Positions 48,601 to 59,500 of a stretch of DNA of 64,000 nt are shown here, one piece after another. The translations under genes and the position numbers were made by a program. Source of the stretch: Bugula neritina (taxonomy: Eukaryota > Animalia > Bryozoa); the NCBI GenBank assembly GCA_964035545.1, contig OZ037769.1, positions 15,344,633 through 15,408,632 on the forward strand, written 5' to 3'. How positions within the stretch are numbered: position 1 is the first letter of the stretch; every line of letters begins with the position of its first letter. A model generated the notes under the pieces. That model was not told the DNA's origin and did not search any database. It worked only from the letters and a program-made list of their open reading frames with translations.

Positions 48601-51183
48601 ACTCTTTGGTATATACTGTATTATATTATACTATATACTCTTTGGTATATACTGTATTATATTATACTATATACTCTTTGGTATATACTGTATTATATTA
48701 TACTATATACTCTTTGGTATATACTGTATTATATTATACTATATACTCTTTGGTATATACTGTATTATATTATACTATATACTCTTTGGTATATACTGTA
48801 TTATATTATACTATATACTCTTTGGTATATACTGTATTATATTATACTATATACTCTTTGGTATATATGGTATTATATTATACTATGTACTCTTTGGTAT
48901 ATACTGTATTATATTATACTATATACTCTTTGGTATATACTGTATTATATTATACTATATACTCTTTGGTATATACTGTATTATATTATACTATATACTC
49001 TTTGGTATATACTGTATTATATTATACTATATACTCTTTGGTATATACTGTATTATATTATACTATATACTCTTTGGTATATATGGTATTATATTATACT
49101 ATGTACTCTTTGGTATATACTGTATTATATTATACTATATACTCTTTGGTATATACTGTATTATATTATACTATATACTCTTTGGTATATACTGTATTAT
49201 ATTATACTATATACTCTTTGGTATATACTGTATTATATTATACTATATACTCTTTGGTATATACTGTATTATATTATACTATATACTCTTTGGTATATAT
49301 GGTATTATATTATACTATATACTCTTTGGTATATACTGTATTATATTATACTATATACTCTTTAGTCTACACTATGCACACTCTTTGTTTAAGCATGCAA
49401 TACTATAATATTTCTTCTGAACTGAACAGGTGTAGCCAGGGACTGGCCGGACGCAAGGGGGGTGTTTTATAACGAAGCTAAGGACTTCATAGTCTGGGCT
49501 AACGTAGAGGACCACGCCCAGGTGCACTCTGCTCAGTACGGGGCCGACATGCAGTCCGTAAGTCTCGTTCACATTCTGACAAACAGAAGCAGGTGGTTTC
49601 AAGTCAAAATATATGACTACGAGTTTTTTGTTTTAACAATTAATTTGTGTAATTTTTCTCTGCGACTAACCTGTGATGTAGCTGATTGTACGTATCTTTC
49701 CGATGGTAGGTATTTGATAAGCTGTGTGACGGAATGGGCAAGTTTGAAGCTGCCGTTAAAAAGGGAGGAAAAGAGTTTATGCGAAATGACCATCTCGGCT
49801 ACATCGTAACTCGCCCAGAGAAACTCGGTACTGCTTTGAAGGCCGGGGTTAGCCTCAGCATCCCTAAACTTGCGGCTCATCCTAAAGTAAACGAGGTGGG
49901 TTTAGGCTCTGTACACTGCATGGTAGTATTTATAGTATGTTCTGTATTGTGTAGCTATTATATAGCGCTGTGCTGATTTTATTATTTTATATAATGATTT
50001 GTTTATTTATTGTTGGTACTTTTATCTGTTACTGAATTAATTTGTCATATACCATTTACTTAAATTTTATTATTTTGCACCATATTAGCAATTATCATGT
50101 TGAATTGTCCTGTGTTTGTTGATAAAGAGTGTGGTCGTTTTTTGTACCCCATTGCGCGCTTAGATGTGTGGAATCTTTTCTTTGAAGCCAGTTTCAGCGT
50201 TAATTGTATTAAAGATATATCTATTCTGATCCTTAATGTACTTCTATAATTATTGTATAACTTTATACTAACTGTCCTGTTTTGTGAAGTTATCTCCCCA
50301 CTGTATAACTATACTGTGTTGTGAAGTTATCTCCCCACTGTATAACTATATACTAACTATACTGTGTTGTGAAGTTATCTCCCCACTGTATAACTATACT
50401 GTACTGTGTTGTGAAGTTATCTCCCCACTGTATAACTATACTGTGTTGTGAAGTTATCTCCCCACTGTATAACTATACTGTGTTGTGAAGTTATCTCCCC
50501 ACTGTATAACTATATACTAACTATACTGTGTTGTGAAGTTATCTCCCCACTGTATAACTATACTGTACTGTGTTGTGAAGTTGTCTCCCCACTGTATAAC
50601 TGTACTGTGTTGTGAAGTTATCTCCCCACTGTATAACTATACTGTGTTGTGAAATTATCTCCCCACTGTATAACTATACTGCGTTGTGAAGTTATCTCCA
50701 CACTGTATAACTATACTGCAATGTGTTGTCTACCTCCAGCTGATGAAGGCCATGAAACTAGAAGACACAAAGTCATGTGAAGAGGGCAGACTTTATGTCC
50801 ATAACGAGGAAACTCTCGGATCCTCGGAGGTAGGTTTACACTCTCCTGTTTCAAGTCATTCACTCAAGTTACTTACTCAATTACCTAAGTCACTTAAGTA
50901 CTCGAGTACTTACAGCCTCCCACACTATAGATATTGTTACTTACTGTAGGCCTCTCAGGTCCAGTGTCTGGTGGATGGTGTACAGAACTTGATCAAGATA
51001 GAGAAGGCTCTGGCAGCCGGGAAAGATGCCGGCAGCCTCATTTCTCAAGCCATGTCTGGCAGGTGAGTCATTCTGACATTTCTAGTAGTAGTACTACAAA
51101 TATTTAAAGGGGAAGACAACTGCCACAGCATCTCTTCACTCATATTCCTATCTCTTACTTATTTATGTTTCAGCAAACTCTAA
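36622..51183 (+). CDS. PK2: two-domain phosphagen kinase paralogue ending in -SKL (PTS1), ~759 aa
   Basis: Exons: 36622-36641, 39424-39581, 40243-40412, 40731-40850, 41037-41142, 41632-41759, 41991-42169, 42497-42684, 43871-43947, 45099-45270, 45745-45872, 46676-46876, 47873-47978, 49430-49557, 49710-49895, 50740-50829, 50950-51062, 51174-51183 (2280 nt). D1 exon sizes are identical to PK1 (158, 170, 120, 106, 128, 179, 188). The first exon (MSGTAA+AG|gttagt) is the least certain. Confidence 0.9.
39165..39338 (-). mobile_element. Family A element, copy 5 (inverted)
   Basis: TGAGGTAGGTGCAGTAATGGAGAAATTGAGAAA...TCTCAATTTCTCCACTATTGCTCCTAAATG. Confidence 0.75.
39679..39847 (+). mobile_element. 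Family A element, copy 6
   Basis: TTTAGGAGCAGTAGTGGAGAATTTGAGA...TCTCAATTCCTCCATTACTGCACCTACATCA. Confidence 0.75.
43937..44383. repeat. 23-27-bp tandem repeat (TCTCTGCAGATAGTAAGTCAC...) reiterating a PK2 exon end and donor, ~16 copies
   Basis: Starts inside the exon 43871-43947; each unit reads Yn-CAG|ATA|GTAAGT. Confidence 0.92.
45873..46003. repeat. 19-bp tandem repeat (GTACAGTGTGTAGTGTCTA), ~7 copies, starting at a splice donor
   Basis: Directly visible. Confidence 0.9.
47338..47784. mobile_element. MITE with 16-bp TIRs and TAA target-site duplication (PIF/Harbinger-like), ~447 bp
   Basis: TAA|AGTTGCGTTTATACCT...AGGTATAAACGCAACT|TAA; interior less AT-rich than its flanks. Confidence 0.8.
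47986..49363. repeat. 36-bp minisatellite (GTATATACTGTATTATATTATACTATATACTCTTTG), ~38 copies, filling a PK2 intron
   Basis: Directly visible; source of the spurious 503-aa and 324-aa ORFs. Confidence 0.97.
50275..50718. repeat. ~37-bp tandem repeat (ACTGTATAACTATACTGTGTTGTGAAGTTATCTCCCC), ~11 copies, ending just before a splice acceptor
   Basis: Directly visible. Confidence 0.92.
51174..51183 (+). CDS. Terminal coding mini-exon of PK2 completing Ser-Lys-Leu-stop
   Basis: ...TCT GGC AG|GTGAGT (donor 51063), long pyrimidine tract ...TTTCAG|C AAA CTC TAA; AATAAA at 51436-51441. Confidence 0.8.
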
Positions 51184-53590
51184 GTGATGTGTGTTTAGAT
51201 TCTGACCATCTGATTGGCTGCTACTTAACTAATCACCAATCTGATTGGCTAACTCCAGCTACAGAAATTTCCTTGAACAAGTCTCTTCTAGTCCAGCTAA
51301 TTTATTAGTAGAGATGGTGGCAGTGGTTGCAAATATCTTGTTCTGTTATTCAAGCATTACCATTGGTTAAAGCGTTTTCACCACTTTACATGTCATATCT
51401 TTCTCTGCAGCTGTAGTCTGTTATTTTTCTCAAACAATAAAATATTATCAAGTGCAACCCTTTCTATATTGTATATGCCCACACATTACACACGTAGGGT
51501 GCACAACTCCAATATAATTTCTAAAGTATATATTTTCAAGTATCAAAACTTTTTGCAGGAATTAAAGTGGAGCTTCTTAGCTCTACACAAATAATTTGCA
51601 TGTTTCTAGTGTTGTGTAGGGGCTTCATTCCGCCCTCCCATAATTATTAGAAAAGTTCTGCACTAAGCTATGTGCAGCAATGCAGAACTGGCTGTTCATT
51701 AGAAATGAGACTAATGAGTGCATAAGGCTCACTAAAACTCGCACGTAATAAAAGTAATATTCAAGATAATAAAATAATTACAAGATAAATATTGATATAT
51801 TAATAGATAGTAGATTGTGGGTGTGAAAGAAGGCTGTGTTTATAAATAAACATGGTGTCAAACTGCTCTGACAATATAATTCTATTTACACTTCCAGAGT
51901 CTATATAAACTATAAATTAGCTGAAGCACTGCTTTTTTCTTCATTACATATTGTTTGTGTTCATATATGACTGCTAATGCAGATTGCCCCTATGCCTGCC
52001 CGCACAAGCTAGGATTGGGCTGTTCTTGTATAGATTCTACTGGGTCGAAATGCTGCAAAAAGTAATTACCATCTAATTGGTTGGCTACTATTTAACAACT
52101 CATTTTTCAGTTTTATATTGATTATCTCATTAAATTGCTCATTCGTGGAACTAGCAGTTGTTGTGTTTTAAATGTATAGAAATATTTATTGTCGAAGACT
52201 GAAAGAAAATAGCAATGTGGAAAAGGTTATATCGTAAGCTATAAGTTGCAAGTTACAAGTGTGAGACGCAAGAGTGTGGATAAGTGAAAATTTTTGGGTT
52301 TTTATACCAGTCAAAAAGGTTAGCTTTTGTGTAGTAGCTATTATGAATGTGGAAAAAAGCATAATATAGCTGGTCTAGCTGAGATGATATGTGAAAAGCT
52401 ATCATGCATTAGGTAAAAGCTTTTCCAGCTTATGCAAAGTCCCAACAGCAGTAATATCACAAAATTAAATAGTTTATAATCAAGCAATCATGGACAATTA
52501 TTTCGGGCAGGTAACTCCCATACGTCCTATCTTATGCCCTGGTAATAACTTATATTTGTACAGTAAGTTGTAAATGCAACTAGCATCTATAATGCAACTA
52601 CAGGATGGAAATATTTCCAGCAACACCTCAAAAGCCTATTTCGAGGGGCTTGTATATCATAAAGTAATGGACTTTCGTTTTCCTCATTATAGTATTAACT
52701 ATCAATTAGTATAACCATGAGGTGATCATCTATCCAGTATTAAGTATTAATTAGCCTATGTTTGCATGCATAGGTAGGCATGATTACATAATATTATGAG
52801 AGCAATCAAATCTAATTTCAGAGCTGCAGGTAAAATATAGGTTTAATCTTTGGCTCATCATTAAACCTTTATAGGGGATTCCAAAAAGATTGCATGTGTT
52901 CTGTTCTAACATGCTCGTATAATTTTGCAATTATTCTTACATTCTGTCATGGGGTTTAAACTGCTATATTCTGTATAATTTATTATAGAATGCAACCACA
53001 CATATTTTTGTTTAAGTGTCTTTGAGAAACGTTACTTTTCAGCAGTTTACCTATTAGTGCTTGGAAAAGATGCATAAGACCTTTGGATAGAATATTATTG
53101 TTTTCAAGCTGCTTCAACTAAGTTTAGATTGTGAACTAATAGTTACAAATGATACCTCAGAATAGAAACTTTCTCACTAAAAGGCTAGTTTAAACATAAC
53201 CGATGCACTACTTAGATAGACTACTACTTACTACTAACACCTTTAATAATGCGATATCTTACGTCTGCATGGTACCAGCATGCAAACTAATTATATACAA
53301 CATGCTGCAGCATATAGAAAGTTGTGAATACCTTCTCTAATACGCATAACCTTTATAATCAATAAAATCAATTGTTCGCTCGTGGCTTAACAAATATACT
53401 TCACAATGGAATGAATTGTTTACAGCTTGCCGATGACCAAGAGCTTGCCAATCGGCTTCTACAACGATTTATAGCAATTCACCGGCAGCATTACTGAGTG
53501 TTTAGTTGATCAGCTGAGTGTGTGGTTGATGTCAGAATGATAACAGGTGTAGCTCTGATTGTACAGACAGTGAGGAGTTACTACAGAAAG

Positions 53591-56500
53591 ATGAGCTCAG
53601 GCAGGTACGGCTAGTGAAGCTTGATGTGTTGATAGGACTTTATTGTGTCTTGAGTTATATTTATATTATGCTTTTTCAAATCTCTGCCAAAATTAATGAG
53701 GTGGGTGCAGTGAAGAAAAAATAGAGAAAGTCCTGGGTTCTAGATTAGAAATGTTGCAAAGGAAGTTATGAAACTTAAAGAACTTGGGCTATTAAAATTT
53801 CTCCTCTACTTCACCTAAATGTTGTGATTAGAGTTCATATTATATCCTATGTGTCTGCATGTTAAGTGTATAGTGTATAGAGATCATTTGAGTATTGCTG
53901 CGCTTCCAAGCTTCGAATCATGTAAATGGATTTTTCATTTGATGTTTGGGTTAGGAACAGTTGCATCTCATGAGAACACAACCATAAGTTAATGCAACTG
54001 CAACCACACACATATATCCCCATAATCCGAAGTAATACGCCCCCCCTCTCCCCCTACTGAATAGACAATTGTACGCTACTACTCTACTATGTTAGGGCTA
54101 TACTTGGGTATCCACTGCTATTTACTACATGGGGTATTCTGCTACACTCCTGTATAGTATATGTATGGGGTACTTTGCTACACTCTTGTATACAATGGAG
54201 TTTGCTAAGGGCACTACTGCATTAATTTATTGAACTCACTGTTTGCTTTTGCTGCAAGTTCAGGTATTGTAATTCAGGCAGCACGTAACGCTGCCTTTAG
54301 TTCAGGCGAAGTTGATTACTCTGTTGGTAACAACTTGCTTCCAACACAAGAGAAGATAAATCTACATACTCGTTTCAAGTTTTACCATCACTATAAAGTT
54401 GAAAAAACATTTTAGTAGATTAAAAAATAGCAAATGCATTGTGTTTCACATAGATTTAAAAATAAGTTTATATCATTTTTATATTACGAATTACTTTACC
54501 ATTTGCCATAACATAATAATGTAAAAAGTGTTCCATGTGTTTTATTAACCCTGAATCTATTTAACCCAGTGCTCCTATCTTCCTATACTAGCTCTATGCT
54601 ATTTTTAAAGACAACAGTTTACCAACAGAGCTCTGAATGCCTCTTGCATAGCAGCTACCAGAAAAGTTTTTTTTTGAGCAGCCATGTTGGAACATGGCAA
54701 CTGCTCTTTAAAAGTTTGAGTCTTATTTAAATCCAGTCTGCTTTACTAATGGCTCAATTATTTTGAAAAGCCTTTGATCATTTGTTTATCCCTAACAGTC
54801 TTGCTTCAAAAAGCTATAGTCATTATAGGTTTATAGTTCATTTAATAATTAAATGTATGCGTCTAATGACTGCCTAATGTTTTTAAATTATTTTCCCTCC
54901 TGTATTATATGCTCTGACATTCGCGGAGTGAAACATTTAATTACTGCTGCAAGTAGGTTCTGCTATTAACTAATTACAAGCAATGTTAATGAGTTTGTAT
55001 TTATCTCATGGGAAATGTGGATGAAATTTCTCCCACCCTTTCAAAAACCGAGCCACTTCTGCAGCTTGTTAGACTGCTACATTGTAACCAACTTGGAATA
55101 CTCATGCATACAGAATAAGTACAGACAAACTCCAGAAGGAAATCATCACATTTGCTGCTGCTCGCTACTTCCTGTTGATGCCTTAGAAGAATTTCTCTCT
55201 GTAGCTTAGTTACTGAGTTCATAGTACTTGCTTTGTATAGTATACTTAGCTTAGCTTAGTGCGCATTTTACCAACTCCTTCACAACTTTCCAATAAAAGC
55301 TGTAATATATTTTTCGTTTTGGGGTTAAAACTTCTAAATCCATGCAATATTTTCTTTTTAATTTTAAATATTTTTATGTTATCAACGTTATATATATTAT
55401 GTAGTTGTTTATTTGCAGCTTTTTTACTTGATTTAAGTCAAAAAAATTGATAAAATTCTATCGGTCAATTTCCCATTAGTTCCACAATAATAAATTTGAT
55501 ATTAGCATTTCAAGCTGACATTATATAATGTCAAGCCAATGTCTAAGTACACAGAATCTTGTCTGTAATATTGCCAGTTAACTTTTCCTTCTTTATTTTA
55601 TTTTCAATAATGCGTTGTTGACATTCAGAAAAATAAATAAGCTGTAATTTATAGCTATAATATATACTATGCAGACATTGGACTTCTCTTAACATTGTTC
55701 TGTGACTCTATAAACCTTTTTGTGATTGGCTAGTTTTGCTAATTCATGCGTGTGATATAACATTACATATATGACATATTATGTTATATTATAATATATT
55801 ACATAACGAGGTATTACATGACATATTATTGATCAATGAAAAGGACATTGTGCTGGAAATCTAGACAATTCTCAGACTATGTAATCTCTTTAGTTGGGGA
55901 GGTATTTTATTGATCTGCATTCAACTGTGTCTAGATAAGCTGTACCCTAATCGGTTTAAAGTTTATTATTAAATTAAAATTATAGCCAAAATTTAATAAT
56001 AATTCTCAAACAATAGTTTGTATGGAAGCAAAGCAGTGAAGCTAGGCGAAATTTATTAGTACACTATGTAGATAACCTAAGTGCAGTATTGAATGGAAGA
56101 TATTATCTCTTCGGCAAAAAAATATTATGTTTACTTTTTTTCTTTATACGAAGAGTTTGAGCTATAAAGGAGTTTCTGGCAAGCAGCAGTTTATAGGTGT
56201 TGGTTCCCATTAGGTTACGTGCTGTTTGTACTACTCTCTGATATTATTTGGCATTTCCAAAATATTGAAGTAATATTATATTATTATTTCCTGCAGCTTG
56301 CTCTATTATATAACAGAATTAAATTATTACTCTACATGCGTTCTATTGGATCCATTATAGGCATCAGCTGCTTGAATACCATCAGTGGTGGATGAAAATC
56401 TGTGTACCCAACTTAGAGGGGGAATTTTAAATCAGAAACAATAAAAAATAGAGCAGTGATAAATAGCTGCCATTTTTATTTATTTCTTAAAAAATTAAAA

Positions 56501-59500
56501 CTTATTTTGTTTTCCTTTTCGACAAATATAATGCAAACTATACATATTTGTGCTGATGCTGTTGCAAGAGTAACCCCCAAGTTTGTAATTATTTGGCTAC
56601 ACCTAATAGGTTAAAAATAGAAAGCTGTTAAGCACACAAATATATATCCACGTAATATAACCTTTAATATTCACTTTCATACCTGCAGCCAGAGGGTTTA
56701 AACAAACTCTTTTTTCTTTCACCACTTAGCCACAGCTACTAGTAGAATTCAAAATGTCCGGTAACAGGTTTGTACTTTAGATTATGTTTTATAGATTTTA
56801 GTATGCAATAAGTTTATGGGTTGCCTAATTGAATTTTATTTCGTTATAGCAAATATAATCATTTATATTAATATTACTTAAAATATTTAATAGAGTAAGA
56901 AAAAGTATTATAATACACCATTTAATTTAAAACATAGTATGGGTATTTATGTAAAAAAATTAAAAATTTTAAAAAAGTTACTAAAATTTGTAGCATTTTA
57001 ATGTAGAAATCACTATCAAAGCTGCACTTTCTATTATTCAATTACTGGCTGTTTAGACTTTCCCGTTATTTTTATGTTCCCCTCCAAGAGTTGACAACTG
57101 CTAGCTCAAACTACTTTATTAATACATAGCCATATGCATAAATGAGAGAGGATAACCCTTATTGGAATATAATCATTGTAATCATTTTAAAAACTGCGTT
57201 TTCTATGTAGCTGTGCTTAGAATATTTTCATTTCTCATTTATTGTAGAATTTAAACTGTGCTGCCAATTTAAAAGCACTATTTTGTTTGGATCACCAAAA
57301 CTAGGTGATCAAATATAGAGCTAGATAGTACAATCTAGAGCTAGGTGGTGCATTGCAAAGCTATAGGTAGTGCAATGCAAAGCTAGGTGGTACAATATAG
57401 CTATGCTTTGACTTTAGGAACAGAACCATGTAATGTAATTTTTATTAAGGTTGTAATTGGCTTTTTATGACTACTGTATAGCAGCAAACTAATAAATGTA
57501 CTCATAAAATCTAATGCAATGTTATATAACAAGTGCTTAGTTATTATATATTATATACCGAGCACATTACTGCCACGGCCTTGCCTTATAAGCTTAACAT
57601 TATTCAGAAATTATTATTATTCAACTATAACTCCTTTCATATCTTAGAATATTATGCACCCACACACTGCATAGCCTGTGGCCTCACTCACTAACTTACT
57701 GCATAGCCTGTAGTCTGCATAGCTTGTAATCTCACTTGTCAACTCATGTATTACATAACATTGTTTGAATTCAATAACCACTTTAACAACTGGTATTGTT
57801 ACCTCCTTATATACACCTTTTCACTTAGTATAAAGTCCCTGCATTTCATTGGTCAATGCCACACAATAGTTTCACCGGTAGACCAGAATTCTTTGCAAAC
57901 TTTACCGGCATCTTTGCTCAGTTGCACTCATTTGTTGACTGCTGCCTGGTGTGTAATTTGCTGACTCTGCATCTAAACCGCTGCTTCTAAATAATCACAA
58001 TGTCTTCAGGAGGGTATGTGTCCTACTATAATATCCTTCTAATACTTACCTTGTAACATGTTGTATATGTTATTAAGTAGACCTTGCGTATATCTTGTAT
58101 TATTTACTACATATAAAAATTATAAAGCAATTTGCAAACTTTTAGTTGTAAGATTTTTGGCAAAAGTTTTTACTATAACATTTTGGTACTGATGTGTTGG
58201 CTGTGCAAGAATTTAGTAAACACATTTAGCCTACTCTCTGGAATATTATGCTGCAAGTACACATGCACTTGGGTTCTTTGGTTATTTAACAGAACTGGAT
58301 AACATCTTGAATGGTCTATTAAGTGCAGCATATATGTTGTGGCTATCAAACCATCATATTATACTCAAAACATCAGGGCTTTAGGTCTTCCATCCACTTG
58401 TTCGTTATGTTCATATTAATATTTCTCTCCTAAACTATTAGGATAAAAATACTGGACTGAATATCTCATTATTTAAAATAAAATACTGTTTACTAAATTA
58501 TTTAATATATTTGAGGATAATGATGTAGGTGCAAACATTTCACCTTGTAGGCTTATGTGCAGCAAGCTCACACCATTGGCTAAAATATCCTTTATACCTG
58601 CTAGGGTGCGAGTTTATGCCTTGCTGCATCCCAGCTAATGTAGTGCAAGCAGTAGAAATAGAGAAACACAATGAAATTAACTCTGCAGTTATGTGCTCCA
58701 TAATAGTTAGGCTAGCATTTGCTAAGCTTATTCAAAGCTTGAAGGCTTGTTTATGTTCTTTTAGGAACAACAGACTTCGAATTAAATCAATTTATTGAAC
58801 CCAATCAATATTTAAAAAGCCTTAATGTTACATTTCAGTGAATACAGTACACCCAAACAATACACCAGCCTTAATGTCATTCACACTTGCAGTTTAGAAA
58901 ACTTAAATCTAAGTTATACTTTTTTTACATTAAATCTTCATGACTACATAGTTTTATCAATCACCCAGTATTTTACTCGAAACTCATTTACAGTATCAAA
59001 TTTGTCTATAGGTAAAAATGTGGAGAATAATATTTTTATTTCCACACAATGCTTATATTTTATGCTATCTAAGTAAAAATAAGTAAAAAGAAAATGTATT
59101 TTATAATGTTTTATATTTTTCTAACTAGCTATGATATATAGATATGTTAACAGAATAGTGCTCTTATATTCATTATAGCGCCTTTTAAGGGAAATGATTA
59201 AATTAATTAAATAAAATTCTGTCCAAAACTATGGAAAGCTGCACAAAATTACATTATATGTTTTTAATAACATAAAGCCTTCTGTATTATTACAATATAT
59301 AACAACTATTATTGACATAACATGTTGTTTGTTTCTCTGTAGTTTTGACCGCTACCCCGACATGGAGGGCCACACCCACTTTGTCTCCAAGAATCTCACT
59401 CCTGAGATTTACGACAAGCTGAAGGACTTGAAGACAAAGAGTGGATACACCATTGACAAGTGCATTCAGGGGGGCATTGACAACCCCAAATTCTCTGTTG

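Noticed and set aside
47897-49472. 503-aa and 324-aa ORFs; also a possible CRISPR-like 36-bp array
   Set aside because: Only the part up to 47978 is a real PK2 exon. The rest is a stop-free 36-bp minisatellite with head-to-tail units, no unique spacers and a eukaryotic intronic context.
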